From Elusimicrobiota bacterium (lineage in GTDB: Bacteria; Elusimicrobiota; Elusimicrobia; UBA1565): a stretch of 64,000 nt of DNA. The DNA lies in assembly GCA_043827405.1 (NCBI GenBank), contig JBDRPD010000034.1, positions 32,001 through 96,000 of the forward strand, given 5' to 3'. A program made the position numbers and the translations under genes. The notes under the pieces are model-generated. The model had not been told where the DNA came from, did not search any database, and saw only the letters and a list, made by a program, of their open reading frames with translations. Below, piece after piece: positions 19,662-29,234 of this stretch. Each line of letters starts with the position of its first letter. The first letter of the stretch is position 1.

Positions 19662-20875
19662 TTTTTTCGATCGTCATCCCGGCCTACAACGAGGAGGGCT
19701 CGGTGCAGGAGATCCTCCGCCGCAGCCTCGCGGCGGGCGGACATCTGGTGGCGGCGGGCGCCGGCGTGACGGAGGTCGAAGTGATCCTGGTGAGTGACGG
19801 GTCGAGCGACCGCACCGAAGAGCTGGCGCGCGGCATTGCGGGGGTGAAGGTGATCGCCTATCCCCATAATCGCGGCTACGGCGCGGCGATCAAGACGGGT
19901 TTTGCGGCCGCGCGCGGCGAGTGGCTGAGCTTTCTGGACGCGGACGGCACCTGCGATCCCGAGTTTTTTCACGAGCTCCTCGCGGCGGCGCGCGAGGAAG
20001 GGCTCGATGTGGTGCTGGGTTCGCGGATGCATCCCGGCAGCAAGATGCCTCCCGTGAGGGTGCTGGGCAACTGGATATTCCGCACCATCGTCAATCTCAT
20101 CGGCGAGTCGGACGTTACGGATACCGCCAGCGGCATGCGCATCCTGCGCCGCAGCGCGCTCGACCGCCTGGCGCCGCTGCCGGACGGGCTGCATTTTACG
20201 CCGGCGATGAGCGTGCGGGCGATCCTCGATCCCGAGCTCAAGATCGGCGAACGGCCGATGCCGTACGAGGAGCGGGTCGGGCGCTCGAAGCTGAGCGTGC
20301 TGCGGGACGGAGTGCGCTTCCTGCGCGTTATCCTGGAGACGGCGCTGACCTACCGCCCGCTCAAGTTCTTCGGCTGGGCGGCGGCGGCGCTGGCCCTGCC
20401 GGCGGTCCTGCTGCTGCTGCTGCGCCTCGGCGGCCCCACCGAGGCGCCGGTTCCGTTCTATATCAGCCGCGGGCGTATCGAGGACTGGATGTTTTTCCGC
20501 CTGATTCTGACGTCGGTCCTCTTCGCTTCATCGGTCTTTCTTCTGTCGTTGGGCCTGGTCGCGCAGTCGCTGGTCGGCATCATCAACCATGAGAAAGCCG
20601 CGCCGGACGGCTGGCCGCGGGCGGTGACGGATCGCTTCGCTTTATGGGGGGCGCTTAGCTTGGCCGCCGCGCTCGTCATCAACAAGCGCCCGCTGCTGTC
20701 GTACTGGCGAACGGGAGAAATCCCGGCCGAGTTCTGGGTCTTCCCCGTCGCCGGGGCGCTGTTCGTTCTGATCGGACTGCAGCTGCTGGCGTTCTATGTC
20801 GTCGCCGGTCTCTCGCGGCTGCTGTGGGAGCGTGAGCGTTATCGACGGCCCTCCGCGGGGGAGGACTCGCAGTGA
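19658..20875 (+). CDS. GT2 DPM/ArnC-like glycosyltransferase with C-terminal TM helices
   Basis: VIPAYNEE, DGSSDRT, NRGYGAA, FLDADGT, DTASGMR, Y.ER.GRSKL, RPLKFF. Confidence 0.9.
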   Translation: MIFSIVIPAYNEEGSVQEILRRSLAAGGHLVAAGAGVTEVEVILVSDGSSDRTEELARGIAGVKVIAYPHNRGYGAAIKTGFAAARGEWLSFLDADGTCDPEFFHELLAAAREEGLDVVLGSRMHPGSKMPPVRVLGNWIFRTIVNLIGESDVTDTASGMRILRRSALDRLAPLPDGLHFTPAMSVRAILDPELKIGERPMPYEERVGRSKLSVLRDGVRFLRVILETALTYRPLKFFGWAAAALALPAVLLLLLRLGGPTEAPVPFYISRGRIEDWMFFRLILTSVLFASSVFLLSLGLVAQSLVGIINHEKAAPDGWPRAVTDRFALWGALSLAAALVINKRPLLSYWRTGEIPAEFWVFPVAGALFVLIGLQLLAFYVVAGLSRLLWERERYRRPSAGEDSQ

Positions 20876-22146
20876 CCGAAAGGCGCGCCCTGATTATTAT
20901 CCTGGCCGCCGCCTTCTTCGTCCGTGTTTTGTACTGCTGGGGCTTCGGTCCTTATGAGCCCGGCGGGGACATCCCGAGCTACGACCATTATCAAAATCTG
21001 GCGCACAGCTTGTATACGACCGGATCCCTGAGGCTGGACGGCGACTTGAGCGCCTTCCGCGAGCCGGCCTATCCGATGTTCCTCGCCGCGCTGTATCGTG
21101 TCGCGGGCGAGAGCTTCCCGGTGCTGTGGATCGCGCAGTCCTTGGTCGACGTTTTGACCGTCTGGCTGGTATTCCTGCTGGGACGGCGCATCTTCAGCCG
21201 CAATGTCGCCTGGGCCGCTGCGGTCTTCGCGGCGTTTTATCCGCAGATGATCTACTATGCGGCCGAGCCGCGGCGGGAGAGCTTTCTGGTCTGCGCGCTC
21301 GCCCTGGCGATGTGGGCCACCATCACCGCCGGAGAAAAACCGAAGGACGCCCGCTTCCTGGTGGCGGGCCTGCTGTGGGCGGTTCCGCCGCTGACCAAGT
21401 CGGTCTACCTGCCGGTCGGGGTGCTCGCGGCGGTTGTCGTCTGGCTGCTGGGGCGGCGGCGCGAACAGGACCTGCGGCGGGGAGCGGCGGTATTCCTCGC
21501 GGCTTTTCTCGGCGTCTATGCGCTGTGGCCGCTGCGCAACTACCTGGTATTCGGCCAGTTTATCCCCGGGATTACGGGCGGCGGGGGGCATCTCTACGTC
21601 GGCCTCATCGTTCCCGACAAGGATGCCGGGACGTCCGCCGAGGAAAAGTATATCCTCAACGCCGAGGGCATGAAGTCGGCGGCCCGGTTGGGCCGCGAGG
21701 GCAAGCTCAACGTCGCGGAGCATAATGAAAATCTTGACCGGCACTTCTACCGCGAGTCGGCGCACTGGATCATGAAAAATCCCGGGCGGTTCACTCTGCG
21801 CTTGATTCTGAGCGCGCTCAAGCTGTGGCGCTTGTACCCGTATGAGCGGGATTACGGAAGGAACTACCGCCTGCTTAAATGGGTCAGTCTGCTTTCCGAC
21901 GGCTGGCTGATTCCGTTGGCGCTGGCCGGCATGCTGTTGGCCGGCCGCAAGTTTCCGCCAGCCGATCTCTTTCTGGTCACGCTGTTGGCGGCGACATTTG
22001 TCTATATGATATTCTGGGCCGTTATTCGTTACCGGCTGCCTCTTATGCCTTATATATTCCTCTACGCTGCGTACGCGCTGGAGCGCGCGGTTCTCCGGGT
22101 TCGGCCCGGAGCCCTGCCGTTTCCCGCATCCAAGGAGGCTGCATGA
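20872..22146 (+). CDS. GT-C (ArnT/GT83-like) membrane glycosyltransferase
   Basis: Y..LA.SL, AFREPAYPMFLA, FYP..IYY...ES, W..RNY.VFG.F, RYRLP. Confidence 0.8.
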   Translation: MTERRALIIILAAAFFVRVLYCWGFGPYEPGGDIPSYDHYQNLAHSLYTTGSLRLDGDLSAFREPAYPMFLAALYRVAGESFPVLWIAQSLVDVLTVWLVFLLGRRIFSRNVAWAAAVFAAFYPQMIYYAAEPRRESFLVCALALAMWATITAGEKPKDARFLVAGLLWAVPPLTKSVYLPVGVLAAVVVWLLGRRREQDLRRGAAVFLAAFLGVYALWPLRNYLVFGQFIPGITGGGGHLYVGLIVPDKDAGTSAEEKYILNAEGMKSAARLGREGKLNVAEHNENLDRHFYRESAHWIMKNPGRFTLRLILSALKLWRLYPYERDYGRNYRLLKWVSLLSDGWLIPLALAGMLLAGRKFPPADLFLVTLLAATFVYMIFWAVIRYRLPLMPYIFLYAAYALERAVLRVRPGALPFPASKEAA

Positions 22147-23144
22147 GTTTTTGGGACGGCAAGAAGGTCCTGGTCACCGGGGGCGGCGGTTTTATCGGCA
22201 GCCATACCGCCGAAATGCTGCTGACGGCGGGACAAGACGTCAAGGTCACGGTGGCCGATGATTTTTCGCGGGGGCTGCGTGAGAATCTCGCCGACATCAA
22301 GGACCGCATCCGTATCGAGCGGGCGCAGCTGCAGGATATGGCGGACTGCCGGCGCGTATGCCGGGGGCAGGACGTCGTGATCAACCTGGCGGCCAAAGTC
22401 GGCGGAGTGGGCTACAACGCGGTGCACCCGGCGACCATGTTCCGGGAGAATGTGCGGCTGAGCACCTATATGATGCAGGCCGCGCAGGAAGCCGCCGTGG
22501 AGCGGTTCGCGGTGATCAGTTCGGCCTGCGTATACCGTCGTCACTGTACGATCCCGACACCCGAGACGGAGGGCTTTGCGGGGTGGCCGGAGTTTACCAA
22601 CGAAGGCTACGGCTGGGCCAAGCGCATGGCGGAGTTCGAGGCGGAGGCGATCCATAAGGAGTTCGGCATGAAGGCGGCGATCCTGCGGCCCTACAACTGC
22701 TACGGCCCGCGGGATCATTTCGACCCCAAAACTTCGCATGTTATCGCGGCGCTCATCCAGCGGGTGCTGGGCGGAGAGAACCCCGTGCGCGTCTGGGGCG
22801 ACGGCTCGCAAACGCGGGCGTTTCTTTACGTTGAGGATTTCGCCCGCGGCGTGCTGGAGGTGACCGAGCGTTACGCGGAATGCGATCCGATAAACCTCGG
22901 CGCCGACGAGGAGGTCCCGATCCGCGACCTGATCGATATGATCATCGAGCTGACCGGCTCGCGGGCCGCGGTGGAATTTGACACCACCAAGCCGGCGGGC
23001 CAGCCCCGCCGCAACTGCGATACTAAAAAGGCGCGCGAGAAGACGGGCTTTACCGCGCAGGTGAGCCTCAAAGAGGGGCTGCGGCGGACCATCGAATGGT
23101 ACAAGAAAACCCATGAAACGAAGCTTGATTCTGCTGACGTATAA
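22143..23144 (+). CDS. Extended SDR NDP-sugar epimerase/reductase (GDP-L-fucose synthase-like)
   Basis: TGGGGFIG, LAAKVGG, SSACVY, YGWAK (YxxxK), SHVIAALI, WGDGSQTR.FLYVED, KPAGQPRR. Confidence 0.85.
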   Translation: MSFWDGKKVLVTGGGGFIGSHTAEMLLTAGQDVKVTVADDFSRGLRENLADIKDRIRIERAQLQDMADCRRVCRGQDVVINLAAKVGGVGYNAVHPATMFRENVRLSTYMMQAAQEAAVERFAVISSACVYRRHCTIPTPETEGFAGWPEFTNEGYGWAKRMAEFEAEAIHKEFGMKAAILRPYNCYGPRDHFDPKTSHVIAALIQRVLGGENPVRVWGDGSQTRAFLYVEDFARGVLEVTERYAECDPINLGADEEVPIRDLIDMIIELTGSRAAVEFDTTKPAGQPRRNCDTKKAREKTGFTAQVSLKEGLRRTIEWYKKTHETKLDSADV

Positions 23145-23802
23145 CGAGATAGAAGCCGCGCCGAAGGTCCTGGAGAACGTTCCGCTCGACTGCGCCGACG
23201 AGGTCATCGCGGTCGACGGCGGATCACAGGACGGAACCATCGACTTTTTGCGGTCCAAGGGGCTGCGCGTGGCGGTGCAGGAGAAGCGCGGCCGCGGCAT
23301 CGCCTTCCAGGTCGGGATGGAGGAGTCGCAGGGCGACCACGTCGTCTACTTCAGCCTCGACGGCAACGAGGACCCCGACGATATCCCGAAGCTCTTCGCG
23401 GTGCTGGAGGAGGGCGCCGATATCGCGATCGCTTCGCGCATGATGCGCGGCGCCTTTAACGAGGAGGATGTCCAGTGGATCCGCCTGCGCAAGTGGGTCA
23501 ACCACCTATTCTCCAATATCGCCAATATCCTATGGAATCGCGGCTGCTATGTCACCGACACGATTAACGGTTTTCGCGGCATCACTCGCAAGGCATTCGC
23601 CGCCGCCTGCCCGGACGCCGACGGTTTCGTTATTGAGTATCAGATGTCGATTCGGGCGATGAAAAAAGGGATGAAGATCGTCGAGATCCCCACCCATGAA
23701 GGCCAGCGCCTCGGCGGCGAAAGCACGGCCAAGTCATTTCCCACCGGGGTGATCTTTATTAAGCAGCTGCTTAAGGAAATCCGGTTAGGCCGCGCGTTCT
23801 GA
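23113..23802 (+). CDS. GT2 DPM-synthase-like glycosyltransferase
   Basis: LTYNE, VDGGSQDGT, FSLDGNEDP, IASR, TDTINGFR, R.GGES. Confidence 0.88.
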   Translation: MKRSLILLTYNEIEAAPKVLENVPLDCADEVIAVDGGSQDGTIDFLRSKGLRVAVQEKRGRGIAFQVGMEESQGDHVVYFSLDGNEDPDDIPKLFAVLEEGADIAIASRMMRGAFNEEDVQWIRLRKWVNHLFSNIANILWNRGCYVTDTINGFRGITRKAFAAACPDADGFVIEYQMSIRAMKKGMKIVEIPTHEGQRLGGESTAKSFPTGVIFIKQLLKEIRLGRAF

Positions 23803-23816
23803 GCGGCGTTCTGCCT

Positions 23817-24512
23817 TTATATATTGAAGGTCTCGAAGCCCGTGAGCATCTTCACGTCGGCTCCCGTGTGCTCGGCAGCTATCTTCTTTAGGAATTCGGC
23901 GGCGGCCGTCTCCCGCTCCAGCTCGACCGAGTAGGTGAGGATCAGCCGGCCGCCGAGCACCTCCGAGCTTAGCAGGGAGCAATGGCCCCCGGCGAGCCGC
24001 CGCAGCGTTCGCTCTAGTTCGGAAGTGCGGTCGGAATCATCCGGCAGCGCGACGCGCACCAGCCGTTCCTCGCGGCGGATGGTGCCGAACTGAATGCGGT
24101 CGAGAAGAAGGACCATGCCGGAAGCCATGCCGGTGAAAATGATCGCAAACCAGTATAGTCGCACTCCGCAGGCCATGCCGACGGCCATCGATAGGAAGAT
24201 GAAGGCCGTATCGCGCGACTCGCGCACTGCGTTTCGGTAGCGGATGATCGACAGTGCGCCGACTAGGCTGAAGGCGCGCGCCAGGTTGCTGCCGATGATC
24301 AGCATGATGAACGAGATGGTCACGGCCATTAGAATCATGGTGACGCTGAATGAGCGCGAGTAGGATACGCCGGAGTGGGTCCGGCGATAGACCAGGCCGA
24401 CGACCATCGCTAACGCGAAGCTCAGCAGGAGGCTTATCACGAACTCAAGAGAGGTGAAGCCGGCGCCGTTTTCTGCAGACCGCACGGCGAGCTGTTTGAG
24501 GAATTCATCCAT
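23817..24512 (-). CDS. DUF4956 family membrane protein
   Basis: IIGSNLARAFSLVGALSIIRYRNAVRESRDTAFIFLSMAVGMACG signature; several TM helices plus a small soluble C-terminal domain. Confidence 0.88.
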   Translation of the reverse strand: MDEFLKQLAVRSAENGAGFTSLEFVISLLLSFALAMVVGLVYRRTHSGVSYSRSFSVTMILMAVTISFIMLIIGSNLARAFSLVGALSIIRYRNAVRESRDTAFIFLSMAVGMACGVRLYWFAIIFTGMASGMVLLLDRIQFGTIRREERLVRVALPDDSDRTSELERTLRRLAGGHCSLLSSEVLGGRLILTYSVELERETAAAEFLKKIAAEHTGADVKMLTGFETFNI

Positions 24513-25221
24513 GACGTGCCAGCTCCGGAACTAGGGGCGCGTGGCGCCGAAAGCGCTCGACGCCGCCCCCGTATTTTGAGTAGGCGCGCGCGAAAAGCTC
24601 GAGGTCGGCGACCGTCTGGGAAAGCCATGTGGGTATCCGGTGATCGAACTTGAGTTCGAGCACGTGCAGCCCCGGCGGCAGGACGCGCAGGTCGTCGATT
24701 CCGACCGGCCGCGAAAAAAGATCCGGTCCGCCGCAGCGGACGTTTTCGTCGAGCGTGACGCGCAGGCTCGAGCCGAGAAGGTCGACAAGGGCGATGCGGT
24801 CATAGGTCACGGTGAGGATCGGAAGGTGGGGGCGGCGCGCGATTTCCGCAGTCGCGGCGCCCAGCGCTCGCCCCAGGGCGCTGGCGAAAGGATCGTGCAC
24901 CAGGTCGAGGGCCTCCGGCAGTGAAGCGGGAGCGCGCGTCTTCTCGACGCTGCGGTAACGGCGTGTTTTTACCTCGAAGAAGCCGCGCTCTCCCGCGGCG
25001 TCGTAGCCGCGCAGGCGGAGCTTTCGCTTGATGCAGTGGCCGTCGACAATGTCGCGGTAGTGCCGCAGGTCGGCGGTGTCGAAGTACAGCGAGCGGACGC
25101 GATAGTGCCGGCGGCCCTCGAGGTGGGGGTCGTGCCGCATCCAGCGTGACGCCCGGGCTAGAAAGGCCTGCGCCGTCCGGCGGTGGATCACGTATTTGAT
25201 CTCGTAGCGGTTGCGCGCCAT
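24505..25221 (-). CDS. VTC-domain (polyphosphate polymerase / TTM fold) protein
   Basis: RYEIKY, Y.VRSLYFDT, KRKLRLRGY, FFEVK, V.YDR.A, RVTLD, VLELKF, YSKY. Start is ATG 25221 or 25245. Confidence 0.9.
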   Translation of the reverse strand: MARNRYEIKYVIHRRTAQAFLARASRWMRHDPHLEGRRHYRVRSLYFDTADLRHYRDIVDGHCIKRKLRLRGYDAAGERGFFEVKTRRYRSVEKTRAPASLPEALDLVHDPFASALGRALGAATAEIARRPHLPILTVTYDRIALVDLLGSSLRVTLDENVRCGGPDLFSRPVGIDDLRVLPPGLHVLELKFDHRIPTWLSQTVADLELFARAYSKYGGGVERFRRHAPLVPELARHG

Positions 25222-25276
25222 GCGGTAAGCTCTTGATCCGGCCATATCATACTCATTATCGGAGCCATTTGATAAA

Positions 25277-28219
25277 ATGCGCCCGTTCATGCCGCATCCT
25301 ATTCTCCGGCCGGTGCGCCGTCCGCGAAAATCCGAAACCGCTTTGCTGTCCGTTCTGGTGTTGGCGAGCGCCGTGTTGCTGACTTTCTGGATCCGAGGGG
25401 GCGAGAAGAAGTCGGCCGTGCCCGCTGGCGAAGAGATGCCGTCCTTCCGAGCTCCGGCGGCCGGTGGGCTGTTCGCTTTGCGGCGGCTCCCGCATTTTAG
25501 TGTCGACGTCGCACCCGAGTTCCTGCGCGCCTTGGACCGGGCGCGTCCGCCGGTGCCCGTGAGCTGCCGCAAGGTGCGCTATAAGTACGTTCCCGCGCGT
25601 GGCGCTGGGCTGGACGGAGAGGCGCTGCCGGGGCCGTATCGGCTTAGATACCGAGGTTACTGCGCCCCGCACTGGCGGCATCGGCAGAGGTCCTTTAAGC
25701 TGCGCGGGCCGGGTGGACGCTCTCCGTACGGCTACCGCACGCTGAACCTCAACGCACTGGCGATCGATCCCTACCTCTTCGAGCCGTGGGCGGCTCAGGT
25801 CCTGTACCGGTCGGGCGGCATCGCCAGCCGGAGCGCTTTGGCCCGGCTGACGCTTAACGGGCAATACGATGGGCTGCGTTCTCTGAGCGAGAACCTGGAT
25901 GCGGACCTTTTGGCGCAGCAGGGCCTGCCCGAGGGCGCGCTGTACCGGGAGCGGGAGCACGCCGCGCTGGGGCGCCAATATGACTCGCTGGCCGAGCTGA
26001 AGGATTTCTGGCAGGCGAATACTCGGCAGAGCGGCTGGCAGGATCTTTGGGCGCTTAACGCCGCGATCCGCGGCTCGGTGCGCGACGGATCGGCCGAGTT
26101 CCGGCGGCGCATCAACGTCCCGCACTACATCAACTACAGCGCTGTCATCACCATAACAGGGACGAGACATCTCGGCGACCACAACATCCCGGTATATCGG
26201 CCGGGATGGGAGCCGCGATTTATCCCCGTCGGGTACGACTTCTTTGAGAACGCGATGGGCGAGCTCGGCGGCAGATTCGTCGCAGCCCAGACGCCTTACA
26301 TGGCCATGAACTGGCTGTCGCAGCTCTTTTGGTCGGACCCCGGCCTGCGCCGGCAGGTACACCGGCGGGCGGCCGAGATCCTGCGGCGTTTCCCCGACCT
26401 CGCCGGCTGGTACGACGATATCCTAAAGACGGCGGAGCCGGCGTTGAGCGAAGACCTCCCGCGGGGGAGGGCGCTGTCGCATATCGGGAGCGTGTCAACG
26501 CTGGCGGACTACCGCGAGAGCAATACTGTGCGGCGCCGGCTACGCATGCGCGTCGAGTTTCTGCGCCGCGCCTATTTGAGTCCTGCGGCACGCATTACGC
26601 CGCGTTGGAGCGGCCAGCGCGAGGCGCAGCTGGCGATCGAAGGCGCCGGAGCCTATTCCGTACTGCTGGCTCCGGAGCGGGACGTGTGCCGGAAAGGCGA
26701 CATGGTCCGTGTCCGCGTCCATAAGGGAGCTTGGCGCACGGTCATCGCCTGCGCGGCGGGCAAGCCCGCCGCGCGGGAGTTTTTGGCCGAGCGCAACGAT
26801 ATCGAGCGGCCCGAGCTGTCGACGCCCGGCGGCGTCCTGCGCAACAGCATCGGCGCCGTGCTCGTGGATATCGAGAACCGAAGCGGGATGCGGCTCATCC
26901 GGCCGGTGATCCGGTCGCTGCAGACCGGAGCGGACGTGCCGGTTAGCGAAGACTGGCCGTTTGACATCCGCCGGCTCGCCAACGGCAAAGCGGCGCTCGG
27001 CGCTCCGGCGCTGCCCTACCGCGAAGACCTGAGCGCCGGAGACGGCTATACTTGGATCGCCGTGCCGGAGCGCCAGACGCCCTTCTCGTATGACGCGGCG
27101 GCGCATATCTTAACCATCGACGGAGGGGTAGCGGGGTCCGAGACTTTCGGCTCCTACGGCCCGCTGCTGTGCTGGCGCCGTGACGGGCGCGGCTTCTGCT
27201 ACGAGTTCAACCGTTATTATGCGGCGGGGGATGAGCCGGCGGCGGAGCCGTCGCCGGCGGCGGATTGGAGGACGCTGGACGCAATCGGCCTGGCGCGGAA
27301 GATCGGCCTGCACAAGGTCGCCCCCGGCCGCTGGCGCGTCCGCCGGTCGGCTGTGCTGCCCGCGGGCTTGGCGCTCGAGTTCGCCGCCGGAGCGCGCCTG
27401 TACTTCGACCCGGGCGTCTATCTTATTGTGCGGGGCGACGTCAGTTTTCCCGCGACGGGGGAGCACGTGACGTTTACGGCTTACGATAAGGAATGGGGCG
27501 GCTTGGTGCTCGCCCGGGACGGCGGAAGCGTCGAGGTCAGAAACGCGCACTTCAGTCGTGCCAACGAGTTCTATCACCAGGGGCGACGCTACACCGCGGC
27601 GCTGACCATCGACGGCCCGGCAAAAGCGCGGATTGCCGCCTCCGCCTTTACCTCTAATTTTGGCGACGACGGCCTCAATGTCGTCGGCGCCGAGGCCAGC
27701 GTTACCGGCAACATATTCCTCGACAATCGCGACGCCATGGACTTCGACCGATGTAAGACCATGCTGTGGGAGAACATCGTGGCACGTTCCGCCGACGACG
27801 GCGTCGACTTCGGCGGCGGCACGGCCGCGTTGTGGGACAATATAGTCTGCGGCTCCGGCGACAAGGGGATATCGGTCGGCGAGGGCGCCGAGGTCCGCGT
27901 CTCTAGTTCGCTGGTCGCGGGCAACAACGTGGGCATCGGCGTCAAGGAAGATTCACGCGCGGTCCTGCGCTCCGTGCTGCTGAGCGGTAACCGCATCGGA
28001 GCCAACGTCTATAAAAATCCGGAGGCCTCGGCGTCGGCGCCGCCGGGGGTTGTCGCGGGAGCTTTTCTGCTTCACCGCAACGAGACGGACTACCAGAAAG
28101 ACGGCGTCCCGGAGAAACCGGACGGCGGCGCGTCGGCGCGTCCTGATGACCCCGTTTTCCGCTATCTGCTCTTTGAAAGCAAACGGCGGGGCAGGAACAT
28201 CTGTCCGGGGCTGCCTTAG
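25277..28219 (+). CDS. CotH-kinase-family protein with C-terminal right-handed beta-helix, membrane-anchored
   Basis: N-terminal TM; RYRG...SFKLR, LNLNA..DP...E, L.LNGQYDGL...E, HN....F.PVGYD; C-terminal repeats DDGLN/DAMDFD/DDGVD/GDKGISVGE/GIGVKEDS. True start may be ATG 25289. Confidence 0.8.
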   Translation: MRPFMPHPILRPVRRPRKSETALLSVLVLASAVLLTFWIRGGEKKSAVPAGEEMPSFRAPAAGGLFALRRLPHFSVDVAPEFLRALDRARPPVPVSCRKVRYKYVPARGAGLDGEALPGPYRLRYRGYCAPHWRHRQRSFKLRGPGGRSPYGYRTLNLNALAIDPYLFEPWAAQVLYRSGGIASRSALARLTLNGQYDGLRSLSENLDADLLAQQGLPEGALYREREHAALGRQYDSLAELKDFWQANTRQSGWQDLWALNAAIRGSVRDGSAEFRRRINVPHYINYSAVITITGTRHLGDHNIPVYRPGWEPRFIPVGYDFFENAMGELGGRFVAAQTPYMAMNWLSQLFWSDPGLRRQVHRRAAEILRRFPDLAGWYDDILKTAEPALSEDLPRGRALSHIGSVSTLADYRESNTVRRRLRMRVEFLRRAYLSPAARITPRWSGQREAQLAIEGAGAYSVLLAPERDVCRKGDMVRVRVHKGAWRTVIACAAGKPAAREFLAERNDIERPELSTPGGVLRNSIGAVLVDIENRSGMRLIRPVIRSLQTGADVPVSEDWPFDIRRLANGKAALGAPALPYREDLSAGDGYTWIAVPERQTPFSYDAAAHILTIDGGVAGSETFGSYGPLLCWRRDGRGFCYEFNRYYAAGDEPAAEPSPAADWRTLDAIGLARKIGLHKVAPGRWRVRRSAVLPAGLALEFAAGARLYFDPGVYLIVRGDVSFPATGEHVTFTAYDKEWGGLVLARDGGSVEVRNAHFSRANEFYHQGRRYTAALTIDGPAKARIAASAFTSNFGDDGLNVVGAEASVTGNIFLDNRDAMDFDRCKTMLWENIVARSADDGVDFGGGTAALWDNIVCGSGDKGISVGEGAEVRVSSSLVAGNNVGIGVKEDSRAVLRSVLLSGNRIGANVYKNPEASASAPPGVVAGAFLLHRNETDYQKDGVPEKPDGGASARPDDPVFRYLLFESKRRGRNICPGLP

Positions 28220-28223
28220 ACGG

Positions 28224-29231
28224 CTAGAGTCGGGCGGCTTCTTCCAGGCAGGGACGGATCGCCGCTTCCGCGCGGCGGTAGGCCGCCGGAGCCAGCCAGG
28301 CATGATAGCGCGTTTTCAGGTAGAGTGCCCGGGCGCCTTTGAGCGCGCCGAGCAGGGCGGCGGGCAGCAGGGTCTTCTTGTAGAGGGGATGCGACGGGGC
28401 CCGTTCGCGGAATTCCCGGATTAATACCTTGCGCGCCTCGTCGGGCCTGAGCCCTTTGAGCAGATAGGTCGCCACTTCGACCGCCAGCGCTTCGCGCTTT
28501 TTTTCCAGCACATCCGGGGGCGGGTTTCCCGACTTAAGCGCCAGGAGCGCCTCTGCGAAGTCTTTGTGGTAGTCGCCGGTTATCTGTGCCTCATGGATGC
28601 GCCGCACCGACAGCGGTTCGCGGATCGCGCCTACCAGCATCCCGGCGCCGAGCATGCGGCTGTAGAGTTCGGTGTCTTCCAAAATCTTTAGGTCTTCGCG
28701 GTAGTAGCCGTGCTCGGCAAAGGATTCCCGGCGTACCGCGATATTGGTCGTCACGTAGGGCAGGTGCTCGTCGCCGACGGCGTAGTAGCCGGGAACCGCG
28801 CCCTCCGGGATGTCCCGGTCGGGAGCAAAGAGCGGGCCGATGATGCGATCAAAGCGCCGCACATAGGCGTTGGAGAACCAGAATCCGATCTCGGGGCGCC
28901 GCTCCGCGGCGGCGCGGAAGCGGCCCAGGCGTTCGGGCAGATACAGGTCGTCGGAATCCAGGAAAGTCACGAATTTGCCGCGGGCGCGGCGGATCGCCAG
29001 GTTGCGGCAGACATGCTGCCTGCGGTTTTCCTGCTGGTGGATGATGTTTAGGCGCGGATCTTTGGGCAGGGCGCCGAGCACTCTGCGGGTATCATCGGTG
29101 GAGCCGTCATCGATCACCAGGCATTCAAAATCCCGCTCCTTTTGGCGCAGTACGCTCAGCACCGCCGCCGCGGCCATGCGGGCCCGGTTGTAAGTGGGGA
29201 GAATAATGGAAAAAAACGGTTTCTCCGCCAA
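28224..29231 (-). CDS. GT2 (GT-A) soluble glycosyltransferase
   Basis: SIILPTYNR, IDDGSTD, RN.AI..ARG..VTFLDSDD, ED.EL. Confidence 0.92.
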   Translation of the reverse strand: MAEKPFFSIILPTYNRARMAAAAVLSVLRQKERDFECLVIDDGSTDDTRRVLGALPKDPRLNIIHQQENRRQHVCRNLAIRRARGKFVTFLDSDDLYLPERLGRFRAAAERRPEIGFWFSNAYVRRFDRIIGPLFAPDRDIPEGAVPGYYAVGDEHLPYVTTNIAVRRESFAEHGYYREDLKILEDTELYSRMLGAGMLVGAIREPLSVRRIHEAQITGDYHKDFAEALLALKSGNPPPDVLEKKREALAVEVATYLLKGLRPDEARKVLIREFRERAPSHPLYKKTLLPAALLGALKGARALYLKTRYHAWLAPAAYRRAEAAIRPCLEEAARL

Positions 29232-29234
29232 GGA

